Positions 1-12,330 of a stretch of 64,000 bases of DNA are shown piece by piece; the first letter of the stretch is position 1; each line of letters opens with the position of its first letter. A program made the position numbers and the translations under genes. The stretch comes from Vicugna vicugna (lineage: Eukaryota), in the NCBI GenBank assembly GCA_013265495.1, contig MU057521.1:1934335-1998334 (forward strand). Reading direction: 5' to 3'. The notes under the pieces were generated by a model that saw nothing but the letters and a program-made list of their open reading frames with translations, was not told where the DNA came from and made no database searches.

Positions 1-1905
1 AAGGATTTAAACAGCCTGCTGATACGTTTCGTAGTGTCCACCTTGTAATTCTACGAGCACGGTTTCAATGAGCCTGATTCACGGCCCCGGGTAGGGAGGT
101 TAGGCGATTCTGATGAATTCAGATAAAGTGTAATGAAAATGCTTAGCAACTGGGGGCCCAGCAGGGTTCAGAAGGCTTGTGAGAGAAAAGCACTTATAAT
201 CATGAGATGAGAAGGGATGTTACTGACAACAACTAACAGATTGATAACGTCCTTTATTCTTGTCTGAGTCTAGTTAAGTGCACTAACAAAAGAGCTACAC
301 AATGCAATGGGTAAAATGAAACTGGAGAACCTTCTGGAAGAAAGAGACTCAAGTATATATGGTAAACATGCTTCCAGTTCTAGGAGATGGAGATAATACG
401 CATAATGGATGGAACAGAGATTTCAGCTCTGACCTGTAGCTGGGCTAACGCATCCAAGGCACAGATGATTCCGACTGGCCCCCCACAATGCAGAGCGCTG
501 GGCTTATTCACGGTCTACGTAGTTTAAAACCTAGCAAATGAACGCAATCTCCATGAACAGCTTCTAAAGACAGATGGAGAGCCTCCCCGCGTAGTTACTT
601 CATGCATCCTTCCCTTCACTGACTCCCTCAGTCAGTATTACTTACTCGGTCATTATTATTAGTCCTCACTCATCTGTCTGTGGAGCAGGAACGATGCAGA
701 CATTAAACATGCCCGGACTACTTGGCCCAAAGAGCTGGTGAGATGGATCTTGTTGTTTAATCAAAAGATAATAATTTTCCCACCTTAGATCTTCAGGGAG
801 CCAAGGATCATGCCTTAGAGTAGGGAAAATGGGAAGTGATGAGTTCTAAACCATCAATTCTACTTGAAAATGTAAAAAGCCTTTTTATGAGGTCATGAAG
901 GCAGAAACGTCTATCTTTACAGTGCACGAATGGTGCTCAACTCAGCACTCTAGCTCATCTTCTAGCTCATCTTTTTCACCATTATCAGCATTTCCACCGG
1001 CTCTGCACAGGATGTCTATAAATAGCGATTAAAAACTGGGGGGGATGAGGGGGCAGCGTATTGTCTAGCCTGAAATTACCTTTCAAAACCACAAAAAGTT
1101 TAGCTCCGATATAAAAGTTGAGATCAGTTGTTCTCTTTGTCTTATTCATGGGAGAAATGAACACATCTAAGATGAAAAAAATTCTATTTTAGCATATATC
1201 TTACGGGCTCCCTGTTAAAATACACAAATGTTAAAAACACCAACTCTGCCTGAACATTTTGGATGTTATTTGTTTAAACATGTTTGTTTTCTTACTTAAG
1301 CTAAAAATATCTTCCCCTAGTGTTTCTGAAGGGACGTTTAGACTAAAATAAAAATAAAAATAAATGACATGTTTAAAAAGTTATATTCATCAGACCTGGA
1401 GCAGAGGACAGAAAATGGGTACAGGAAGTGAATTTTAGGACCTAAGCAGTGGTTTTCCTATTTTGGTTGCTCTAAATAGATGTGGAAATACAAATTGAAA
1501 GAAAAAAAGTCCATCCCCACCCTGTACACGTGAGGAATGGAAAACTACTCCTCATACTGAGTTAAGCTTAGAAATAAATTAATATATGTCCATATAAAAA
1601 TGCTTCCTGTTATTACATATTAAATATTTATTATAGAATATTGTCTATGATCAATTTTGACTTACAGTTCCCTTTTAAGTGAGAAAAACATAATAAGAAT
1701 TTTAGCCTAGAAAGGGACATTAGACCTAAAGTTTCTTCCCTTACATAATAGAATCTTTTATTAGGAATGTCTGTGACTTCAGGAAGTCCATAAATTCCCT
1801 TAAAATAGTTGGGTAAGTTTTCTGTGTTTGTGAATTTTTCTGGGGAGAAGGTACATAGTTTTAGTGTAATTCTCAAAGGAGAAACATATATGATATTTAC
1901 TATCA

Positions 1906-1943
1906 TACACACACACACACACAAACATACATACACACACACA
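1906..1943. repeat. Interrupted (CA)n microsatellite
   Basis: acacacacacacacaaacatacatacacacacaca. Confidence 0.9.
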
Positions 1944-1974
1944 TATATTCATTTAATTCTTTATAAAACCCCTC

Positions 1975-2100
1975 CAGGGAGTCAGTGCTTTTTGACCCTC
2001 ATTTTACAGGTAGTAAGTTGAGGCCCAGCAGAGGTAAATGCCCTGTCCAGGGTCACATGTCAGCCGGTGGCACAGTCCATCCTAGCACCCAGATTTCCTG
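1975..2100 (-). mobile_element. MIR SINE
   Basis: cattttacaggtagtaagttgaggccc...tgtccagggtcacatg. Confidence 0.7.
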
Positions 2101-3124
2101 CATTCTAGAGTAGCAGATGTTTCACTGAATACTGAGTGGCCCGAACAAGACTAGGAACCCAGAACGTTACTCTCTGAGAAACAAGACTGGGATTCAGAAT
2201 TTCTAGCAGGTGCCTCAGCAGGATGGGGGGTGGGGGGGTGAGTGGATGGCCCTGTTTGCTTTTTGTTCTCGTCTCCCTACTGTGCTTCTCCTGATGCATG
2301 TCAATGGGTCTCCTGTCAATCACACTCTAGTCTAAAGTTAAGCACCAAATCGTAATTTTCTTTTGCGACCCAACTAAAGGATGAACATTTTCTATGATTG
2401 GTCACCTAAAGGGGGGTTCTGTGGCCCTCCCTAAATGTAATCACATCTCTGACACCTCCAGCAAAACCTTGAATTTCGTGCAATTCCATTGGGAACCACA
2501 GAGGACACCCACCCCCCACTTTTAAAAAATGCTTATCTGCCATCTCACCTAAGATGTCATGCTGAACCATAAATCAAAGTGAAGGGGTGTCTTGACATTC
2601 TAGAGACGGCTACCATATTTTGTCACAAGTCACCTTCCTCAGACATAATCTTCATTCAAAAGGCCAACATGAGTGGTCTCTCAGTCACTCCGAGGTTCAG
2701 AAATGGTTCATCCCGTGGAAAATCATCAGGCTTCATGAAAAAATATTGGATAAGAATGTTTGAATCTCAGTGTTGCCTGACTTCTCCTTTGTTGAGCCTC
2801 AAAAGATAGAGGCCAATTTGAAGTTTACCAATTTGTCAGCTGATGAAAAAAATGTATATAGAAAATACGTATTTAAGTTAGACTTGGCAGTGAGGACTAC
2901 CCAAACAACACAGTCAGACTGGCCAGCCATGTGCTGCACTCTCCAAGCTCTTTCACGTAAATTATTCAGGATATTAACAACCCGCATGGTGCACACCCAG
3001 GCCAATCAGGATAGGTGTCAGCTGGCTGTAAACAGCTGGCACAGCTGTGCTGGGGCATCCCAGGTGAATGAGGCCCCTTGTTGGTGCTAAACCTGTTCTG
3101 CCAACAGGTTTAAGAAGAAATTCA

Positions 3125-3218
3125 AAGGTGAGGAAACCCAAGCTCAGAGCAGTTAAGAGGCAGCCTGGCCCAGTCAGCCAGTTAGGGTAGAAATGAGATT
3201 CAAGTTCAGATTTTCTGA
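3125..3218 (-). mobile_element. MIR SINE fragment
   Basis: gtgaggaaacccaagctcagagcagttaag...gagattcaagttcagattttctgac. Confidence 0.6.
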
Positions 3219-3959
3219 CCCCTCCCCTCTCCTCCTCCCATGACACAGGTAACCAAAAATGTTCTCAGGGAGACTAGGTTGCCCGGAGCCCACGCCACAT
3301 GGGACAGCGAAGCTATTGGGACCGCCCAGCAGATGATCTGTTTAGACACATTCTTAGAGCCTGTGGGACAGAGGAGCTCTGCTCTCAGAACACAGTGACC
3401 AGGGGCCGGCTCAGTAGCACCTGTTTTACTGAAATCCTGGGAGCCTGAGACGGGGGAGGCTCTCACACCAGAGATCAGACTTGACATAAAGGGAACGAAG
3501 TTGACTTACTTGGGTGATAAGAATAAAGTTGACCTGGGACGATGGGGAAGGTAGGAGAAAATTGCTAATGACATTTTTCAAGCAAAAGTAAATCTAAAAA
3601 ACAATCTCAGTTCAAACGACGTCACTGTTACCTGGTTGTGTGTGTGCAGGGGCGAGCCATGCAGTTTGCTCCCGTCAGCATTCTGCACGGTCTGCTGACA
3701 GTACGTTACTTTATTAAACGGGGAGCAGTGGCGGGAATGGCAAAGCGTGTTCTGAGAGCCTTGGTGATAAAATCACTTGCAGGCTAATCAAGATTTTCCG
3801 TAACAATGAGATCGGGCAGAGGAACAGGTCCGCCTCCCTTGTCCTCTCTCCACACCTTTCTGACACTAGGGACCCACTGAGTGTGTGGAGGGGGCCTAGG
3901 AGGCCGATGTGAGTGGTCAGGCATCCACGGACCAGGCGTTTAAAACCTTCCTGCTCTTG

Positions 3960-4100
3960 ACTCATGATAGGAAATTTGTCTGCCTGGCAGTGTCCAGTGC
4001 TTGCTCAGGAAATGTTTGTTGATTGAATAAGAGAGTGAGTCAATGAATGAGTAAATGAAATAATGAGTGAATGAGTGAGTGAATAAGTGAGTGAAGGAGT
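3960..4100 (+). mobile_element. L2 3' end with (TGAA/TGAG)n tail
   Basis: tgcctggcag...tgctcaggaaatgtttgttgattgaat followed by tgaatgagt repeats. Confidence 0.65.
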
Positions 4101-6747
4101 GGTGGGTGTGTGGGGCAGCGGCAATCACACTCAGACTTTAGTCGATTCCTGGGACCCCAGTCAGGTAGACTGTACCAAACATGCCTTTCCTAAGGGCAGG
4201 TGAAGGGTTAATTCTTCTGCCACTCCGTTCATATCTCACCTCACTCACTTCTATCACAAAATAAAGAAGAGCACAACAGAACACTGGAAAAACCAAACCC
4301 TAACGCAGGGCCTCTGACTCCAGGCCCAGGTCTTCTTTGTGATGATGGGCCAGAGGGTCCCCCTGCAGTTTCTCTGAATATCCACCCTGAGCCTCCCACC
4401 ATCAGCCTGGAAACTCAGCCTGGAAAGCCCGTCCCTCTCCCTCCCTGCTTTCCTAAATAGCCCACCTCCCCACGGCGAGTCCCTCATCTCCTGAGCAGCC
4501 CTCCTCACCGCACTTCTCATCCCCGCCTCCCCTGGAGTTTGTGGGAGACCAGCTGCCTTGCACCGGAATCTTTGCTCACGTTCCAAACTGGATCTCGACT
4601 TCTCCAGTGTCAGAGAACCCAGCACCCAGCCAGATGGATGGAAGTTTGCTGATGAATAACAAAGGCATTACGGCAAGTGAGACTTTGCCTCCAAGTGGTT
4701 TGGCTTTTCCATTTTCAGTGATCCTCGGGAAACAGAGCCCAAGCTCTGGGGTGAGAAGTGGTGATGGGCTCTCAGAAGGGCTGGAGGAGCAGGGCTGCGG
4801 GACGTGTCCGAGGCATGGAGCTTCCCCGTCTGCAGATGGACATTTCCCCAGGGAAGGGCTGAGTGGGCCCTCCCCATAGCACCCTCTCCCCATCAGGAAG
4901 AGGCAACCCGTGGAAAATGAACTCACCCCTCCACCTCTCCTCCCAGCATCAGCAGCACACAGCCAGCCCGCAGGGCCGGGCGGAACAGTGTGGGCTCCTA
5001 AGCTGCCTCCCTGAGCTCAGAGACCCAGTGCCACAGGGGTGGGAGCAAAATCGGCCTGTGAGGTCCTAGTCCTGGGTTGCGTCCCCCGAGCCAGGGGCCT
5101 CATGCAAGTCAACAGGAGACCGGGCCGTGAAAACGCTCGGCTGTGGCCTAAACCACCAGTGAGTCTCAGATTATGCTACTTAATGACACCGAGTAACGGA
5201 TTTTGCCAATTCTTCTCTCCAGAGATCATGGGCCACCTGGCCACGGCCAGCCGCTAAACAGGAAAGCGCTCCAAGATTCCAAGAGACTAAAAGGCTCATA
5301 ACTGTTGTTTAGAAATGTAAATGGCCTTAAATTACAACCAGAGATGGAAATGCGTCTGGGGGTGGGAGGTGGGGGGTGGGGACATTCTGTAATCCAGGCT
5401 AAGGGTTGAATCGAAGGCAAAGGGAGAATACAGACGGGTTAGAGATGTGGGCGAAGGTTCTCAGGGTGAAGAATATCCATTTTCATCTGAGATTGAAACG
5501 CAGTTTGGGAAAACAATTACCTGCCCGGGATCCTGGGAAAGTAAAACTTCCTGGTCTCTATGCCAGGAGGAGCGATTGTAAAACAAGGGCTGAGAAGCTC
5601 ACAAACAAGATTTTAGAATCTTATCCAAGCAGCTGCAGTTCACCTTCGAGGAGCCCGGGCTCACTTGGGTCTGATGGATGTTGCGACACCAAATTCGAGG
5701 TCTCCCCAGGCTGCTGCCAAGAGCCAGCCCCACGGGACAAAATGAGAACAGTTGCTGCCTTAATGGGAGCAGAAAACAAAACCCTCCCCTCCACCCAGCT
5801 CGCAGCTTTGTTGTGAAATTGTCACTGTGCCTTTGAGGAGAGATTAAAATCCTAGCCATGTCCAATTTAAAGGGCAGGTTCCCAGGCGGGGAAGGGAGAG
5901 GGTTTCAAGGGGGGAAAAAAGCCAGTTGTGAGTGAATTTATGGAGGATTTGGGAATCACTAAAGTCATGGGACTTGATTCAGTTAAAATGAATGGAAAAG
6001 CACGAGCCCGTAATTTAAAAATAACAGCAAAATAAAGCCGCAAGGATATTCTGGATTGTTCTCTGCTGCTATTCTCGAGCTTGCTTGGGAATCTCGGAAC
6101 AGGTTTCCTGAAGCACAGCATGGGTGCCGAGCGAGCAACTGTTGTTACCTACTTTCCTGCACTGGACACACAAAGATTCCGCAATGAGTGAGAATGAATG
6201 GTCCACCCACCAACAAACACTTCCTGAGAGCCGGGGAGGTGCTCAGCAAAGTTGCAGGGCTTGGGGGAAAGAAAAAGTATGCGCGTTCTCAAGGCATGGG
6301 CAAAACAGACTACAGAGTTTGAAACCAGCGACAAGAAAGCCGCCTGGTCTGGCAGCCTCACCTGATTCTCAGACACACAGGACACCCCAGCTTTCAAGAA
6401 GGTAGCCCCAAATCCCTCCAGAGCCCCTGAATCTCTCATCTGGTTCCAAATCTTTGAAAGAACTGACGCCAGTTCTACACAGGAACCCTTCCACACGTTC
6501 CCTCCTGGTGCCATTTGTAAAGATGAGGAAAGACGGGTGATGGAGAAGAAGATCAAATTCCACAGCTCCGATCCCCAGGGAGCCACACGTTGGGGCATGG
6601 GGGGAAACAGACCCCAACAGCACCCTTAGGAAGGGAGAGCATCTCAGCAAGAGGCCTGACTGTTTCCAGGGCCGAATGTTACCATTGGTCTTTGGATGGA
6701 CATTGAAGAAAAATTCCTTGACTGCTCAAGAGATTTTTATCAGATGG

Positions 6748-6900
6748 GCTCATCCTCTGTAGGAGGAGGGGAATAACGGTATCTAATTTACAGGTTAGGG
6801 TTCTTATGGCGATGAAGAGAGTGGTTATGAAGATGTGTGGTGCTCTAAATGGAACCTGGCATACAGTAGGTGCTTAATAGATGTTAAATCTCATTACTGT
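6748..6900 (+). mobile_element. MIR SINE 3' half
   Basis: ctcatcctctgtagg...cctggcatacagtaggtgcttaatagatgtta. Confidence 0.7.
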
Positions 6901-8384
6901 TGTGAGTGCTATTTTTCTGATTGTTCCTTCATTTACCTTTCTGTTTTCTCACTCAATGAGATTTCTGAATTTTGACACATATCAAAGAGGTATTTTGGTG
7001 AACATTTAATACTCGTTTCATCCGCGACAGAACTCCAGGGCCCCCCATTAAATAAGCGGATGGCAATTAATGCTACTCATCAAGTAAGCACAACTTTTCA
7101 CAGGATATTTAAATCCTTACATTTCTGTAACATTCTTTCCTTCTTTCCCGTTTTCTCCCTTCTTTTCCCTTCTAAATCTTCTAACGATTCCTAGCAGGTA
7201 TTTTATTAACTTCTGCCAAAATGAGCTTTAGTAGTATGAAGATGAAGGTCATTTATAAAGTTGCTTTTCTGAATCAAACGCCAGCAAGCGTCACCAAGTC
7301 GCGAAGAGCAGGGAAGAGAGGTCAGAATCCCACTATAAAGCAGAAGCCCTTGGTGTTGCTAGGAATTCTTGTCCTTAAGCAAAAACTGCAGCAGGAATCC
7401 CTGGGTGAAACAGAAAATGAACCACTGGCCGGCTCCCTTCTGAGAGAGGAGCTCCGGGGGCAGCATTTACGCTCCTATCCCTCTGCCCCATCGGGCTTAG
7501 TCTCCATGGCGTTTCCCACTTTCCCAGGCTGACCGGGGCCACGTGAATGATTTGCTCCCCGCCAGCTGAGTGGCCAGGCTGCTGTTGGTGAGAACTCTGC
7601 CTCCGAGAAGCAGTGGGGACGACACTGCCAGGGAGGCAGGTCTCCCATCCACCCCATCCTCCGGAGGCCCCCCTTCCAGCTACGGGGCTCCGTCCCAATG
7701 CTTCAGGCCTCTCCAGCTCCCAGGTCTTTGGAGCAGGGCCCCTACAGTAGCTGCTCCTACGGGGCAGACACATCCTTTTTCCTATTATAGTTACGACAAC
7801 AACAATAAGCAATAAATCCACTGAGGGTCCTTGTGGGCTCTCACGGACCAACATTCTCGCAAGGCTCATGGAAACTTGTCAGTGCACAGACCCTCTGATT
7901 CACTGTGGTCCAAGGGGCTTCTCATGCCTTTACAAATAAATATTAACGCTGAGAGGGTGCTTTGTTTCACTTTGTGCTCGCTTAGCTGATGATCGAAGGC
8001 TCCCAGTGAGACGCTTCCAGGGCAGTCCAGTACAAAAAGGGAGACAGACAATGCATTCTTGCCTCCGCAGTCAGAAATGAAAAGAGTTTTGCCTTGCTTG
8101 GCGAGGGGCTACTAATTCGGAGGATGCTGGGTTTAGAGCCATCTCAATTTGACTTGTAAATGAAAGGTGGAACCTCCCCCAAATAACCCCGCTGTGTGCC
8201 CGCCTGCCCTCTTTTCTCTGTCGGGGTCGGGCAGAGTTCACCAAAATCACTAGAAAGCTCAGGGAACTTGGAGGTAAAGCAAACAAGTAGAAGGTGTGTG
8301 AGGCTTGGCTACAGAGCATCTCCAGCGCCCGCATTTGACTCCACATCCTTACTACAGAGAGGGTGAGGGTCCCCCTTTTCCATA

Positions 8385-8525
8385 CAGAAAGGCTCTCCAG
8401 CGTTGGGTGTATCAGAATCACCCCGGGGAGCTGGTGAAGATACAGACACCCAGGCGGGTCCGTGAGCCTGGGCCTCTGTCCTTTGTATTAGCTCTCCTAA
8501 ACTGATACTTCCGAACCACTGCTTT
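8385..8525. mobile_element. MER5-like hAT-Charlie fragment
   Basis: gtatcagaatcaccccggggagctggtgaagatacagacaccca...gaaccactgc. Confidence 0.6.
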
Positions 8526-8609
8526 TCAGGAAAGCAGAGGGAAATAACTGAAGAGAAGAGCTGGTAAACTTTTACTGAAATACAAATAGAAACTTCTTAT
8601 AAGGCTTAT

Positions 8610-8770
8610 TATTAAGGAGCTACCACTTGCAGAATGCCTAGCACATGCCCACTTCACCGTCACTCCATCAAATCCATTCCACAGCCCTGGAGGTAGGATG
8701 GGAGGACCCGGAAGCTCAGAGAGGTGCAGGTGAGCCCTACGTCCAGGGACACACAGCTGGCAACTAGTTC
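8610..8770 (-). mobile_element. MIR SINE
   Basis: acagccctggaggtagg...gaagctcagagaggtg...gtccagggacacacagctgg. Confidence 0.6.
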
Positions 8771-9039
8771 ATCTGATGGACAGACCAGACACACCTGACC
8801 ACCACTGAACACCAGCGCTGCCCCGATTCCTGACTTTCATGCCCTGGGGGCTGGGGGCTGGGCTAGCATGCGGACCTTTTGGGGAAGCACCAGGCACCTG
8901 CAGTTAAGTACCACCTCTCCGCCACACGGGGCAGCCCTTTGTTCCTTCTCTTCTCCATCCCATTCTTTCCTCTTCTCTTGCTTTGCCTCCATCCTTTCTC
9001 CTTTCCTTACAGTAGTCTTGCTAACACAAGCGCTGGCAC

Positions 9040-9170
9040 AGCCGCTCAGGGAGCTCTGGTTCCCATCCAGAAAGAGTCTGGCGGAATCTGTTCAGGATGT
9101 AGCCTGGGCATCAGGCTTTTTAAGTACCCCCGGGTGATTCTGGTAGACAGCTAAAGTGGAAGCGCCTGCC
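9040..9170. mobile_element. MER5-like hAT-Charlie fragment
   Basis: gcctgggcatcaggctttttaagtacccccgggtgattctg. Confidence 0.55.
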
Positions 9171-10479
9171 TTATGTAAAGTGGCCAGACACAGCCTGAAG
9201 AATCTGGAAACTCACCTAGACACGCTCATGCTAACCACTGGCCGCTCTTTTAACTTGAGCAGCATGTAGAAGCACGCGGTAGCCTCGGGCGACACTCTAG
9301 CCACGTCCGCTGAGAAAACGCGTGATGACCCCAGCTGAGCACATGATCCAGCCCCTGGATGGGCAGAGTGGGCTTTGGCTGGTCCCCATGGAGGGACCCT
9401 GGGAGAACAGATGTTGCACCCTTGGGGCCAGGGGATGCCACAGGGCGGGTGACGGGAAGAAGGCAGCCACCACGGCCTCTCTGCATATTAAGCAGCCCGA
9501 ACCAGGAGTGGCTGTGAAAACTCAGCTCTCCCAGGGAGATCCATGCCATCGACTAGACCGTGAAACTAACTTCACCACACATTCTGCAAACCAGCTCCCC
9601 AGGTTTACTATGCACAGAAACGACATTTACCTGAGCAGGACAGAAAATCTTACATAGAGCTCTGGCTCGCACCAGTCTCCATAGGTGGTCTTTTAGACTA
9701 AGATGACTTCATGCCCCCACACTGGGCATTTGTCTAAGGACAGGAGAACAACTCATTGCAAAGGATTCCCCGTGTAATATGGATGCAGCCCACTAGGAAA
9801 TGCAGCCACACTGGAGCATCAGGAGGCATCCGTGAGCCGGTGAAGTCGTGGTACTGCCCTGGAAAGCACGCGTTGTATCTCCAGCACTGAGCACAAAGCC
9901 TGGGACACACAGGTCACTGACAAGTGGGCGAATCCACGTCATGTTGAAAGTGGGGCTCAAAGCCACTACTGGCCACGGACAAGGACATGCTGGGGAAGGA
10001 AAACAAACATGAAGCTTTCCACAAGCTGGCAGATCAGAGTGCAGAGGGGCAGGGGCCCACCCTGAGAGCAAGGCACCGGGGAGAGCAGGGCAAGAGCCCT
10101 CCATCCACCCCTGCCCTTGGCTGTGAACAAAGAGCAAAGAGGAGAGAAGAGCGGAGGTGAGGTGTCTGCTCCTCTGGTTCCCCCCAGGTGAGGAAATGGG
10201 CCTCCTGTAGGGGCTGCTGCTGGGGGACACACCCTTGACCCCTCGAGGCTCCATGTCAGCTGAGCCATGGCTGCGAGGGAGGCTGTGGGGGGTCGTGGGG
10301 GGAGACAGAGCTGCTGAAGGACGCTGGGCTCGGGACAGCTGTTCCTCATGACGGACAGCTGCAGATGGGGGCCCCCTACTTGGCTGCCAGCTCAGCTGTG
10401 CCCGCGGCACCCCGGAGAGCTGAAGCTGTTCTAAGTGAGAGGGGATCCAAGACCATCCAGCCCTAAACCGACTCTGAAA

Positions 10480-11100
10480 AGGGTGACTGCAGACGAGGGG
10501 CGGCATTTGAACAGCTACATGCACGGCAGGAGTTCAGAGGGAGGGGAGAGCACGGCATCGCCCCCGAATGGGTGCTGAGGGGCTTGGAAAAGTGTGTCTG
10601 AGGGCTCTCTCTGCACATCAAGCAGCTGGAGGAGTAAACGCTTGCCTGGAGAGAATGCCTTCGCTCTCTCTCCTCTCTTGTGCACACTGCGTGGTGTGAT
10701 TTATTTTCGCAGGAATAAGGGTCCTCCTCTCTCCTTGCTGCTTCTGCACCCGGCCTGCTGGGGAGCACCGGCGCGCCACTCCACAGTGCAGGCAGCTCGC
10801 GGGGTGCCCCGCGCCTCACCCGGGCCCGTCTCCAGACCACACAGGCGCACGCACGTGGCGGCCGGAACAGAAAAGTAAAGGCACGTCAAAGAAACCAAAT
10901 GGATCCTACCCTGAAACGCCCGACTACATCCCAGCGGATGTACTTCGGGGATGACTGTGCTGATCAGAACAAGAGACTTGTTGGTTGCTGGTCAGTGAGC
11001 TGGAGAGGCCACCACAGGCCACTGCCATGCCAACCTTGGCCAACTAACCAAGGCGATCTTAGGAGCAATCATGTGACGTCACCTTGCTGCCATTACCTTG
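10480..11100. promoter_or_regulatory. Small CpG-rich patch, candidate promoter or enhancer
   Basis: Dense CpGs at 10750-10950 (ccggcgcgcc, gctcgcgggg, gcgcacgcacgtggcggccggaa); E-box CACGTG at 10852-10857; full CRE TGACGTCA at 11074-11081. Confidence 0.4.
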
Positions 11101-12114
11101 AGACCAATCCAGTCTCTTAACTCCCTTTGCTCAGATTCTGCGCTCACCAAGCTGCCTCTGAAGAACATCTGGCTTCCTAAGAAAGTCTGCCCACAGAGAG
11201 CACGTGGGCTGGGGCGGGGAAGCCACGTCTCGTTGCCAATGAATATACAGGCCTTCTGATTTGAACCCCCGTCCGGTGGGCTGTCAGGGAGAGTCAGCCC
11301 CTAAGAGGTGGCTCGATCTGTCCTTGAGGAACGAACAGGTCTTCGAGCTGTCAGGATGAGGTTCAGACCTTGGACTATTATGAATTCAGGAAGTCATGGC
11401 GCCCTCAGAGGTCTCTGGAAGTCACACTCTTAGTCTTCCCGTGGTGATCGCCCAACAGGGAGCTGAAAGCATTCCATGGCTACTTCTTGAATGACTGCAC
11501 TTTTTCTTGAGTGAAGGCTGTATGTAGATGCAGAAATAATCTGTGCTTTAGAGGGCCTACAGGCCGTGCAAACTTCAATCGAAGCAGTGAGCCTCTGCCT
11601 TGCTCCTTAGGTAACGTCATAGCTGATATGAATTCTGATCTGTTTACTCCTTCAGCCATGACTGACTCTGATACAATCAGACTGAAAGGCAGTTAAAAAG
11701 GAATTCATAATTCCTTGCCCAGGAATTATGAGAGACGCTTCCTCTTGAAGAACATAGGATTCAGTTGGGGAGATATAGACATGAAATGATCCAACATATT
11801 CACTATCAGAAATAAAAATATAGCTCAAACAGACAGAGGAGTGAGCTAGAACTGGGTGGAGGTGAATTCAAAGAGCTTTATGAAAGAGGTATTTCTAAGG
11901 AAAAGCAGTTTAGTGTCATGATAAAAAGGATGGATCTTGAATCAAATAGACTTGGGTTCAAATGTTTGACTGTTTGTGACTTCATAAGGTACAGGCAAGG
12001 CTAAGCGGGGTGGGAACAAAGTGCCCAACACACGGAGATGCTCAAAGAACTGTCATTAAAAAATACCCGTGCAGAAGGGGAAAGGATGAGGGAAGACACG
12101 AGGACAGTCTACAC

Positions 12115-12330
12115 TCACTCTGCATCAGGCACAATTCTGTTGTATTAACTCATTTCACTTTCACAGCAGCCTTATAAGGCCAGCACTGTTTTTAACTCTA
12201 TTTATTGATGAGCAAGACAAGGCACAGAGAGGTTAAGTAACTTGCCCAAGGTCAACACAGCCAGTAAGTGACAGAGCTGGGATTTGAATCCAGGCAATCA
12301 GGGCCCTGAGTTTGGCATGTTAGCCACTTT
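12115..12330 (-). mobile_element. MIR SINE
   Basis: Well-preserved core aggcacagagaggttaagtaacttgcccaaggtca...gagctgggatttgaatccagg. Confidence 0.9.

Noticed and set aside
4541..4926. Overlapping 112-116 aa ORFs on both strands
   Set aside because: GC-rich low-information translations with no splice or homology support.
9793..10524. Longest ORF in the window (243 aa, minus strand)
   Set aside because: GC-rich, Pro/Ser/Leu-biased, no recognisable domain; consistent with a chance ORF.
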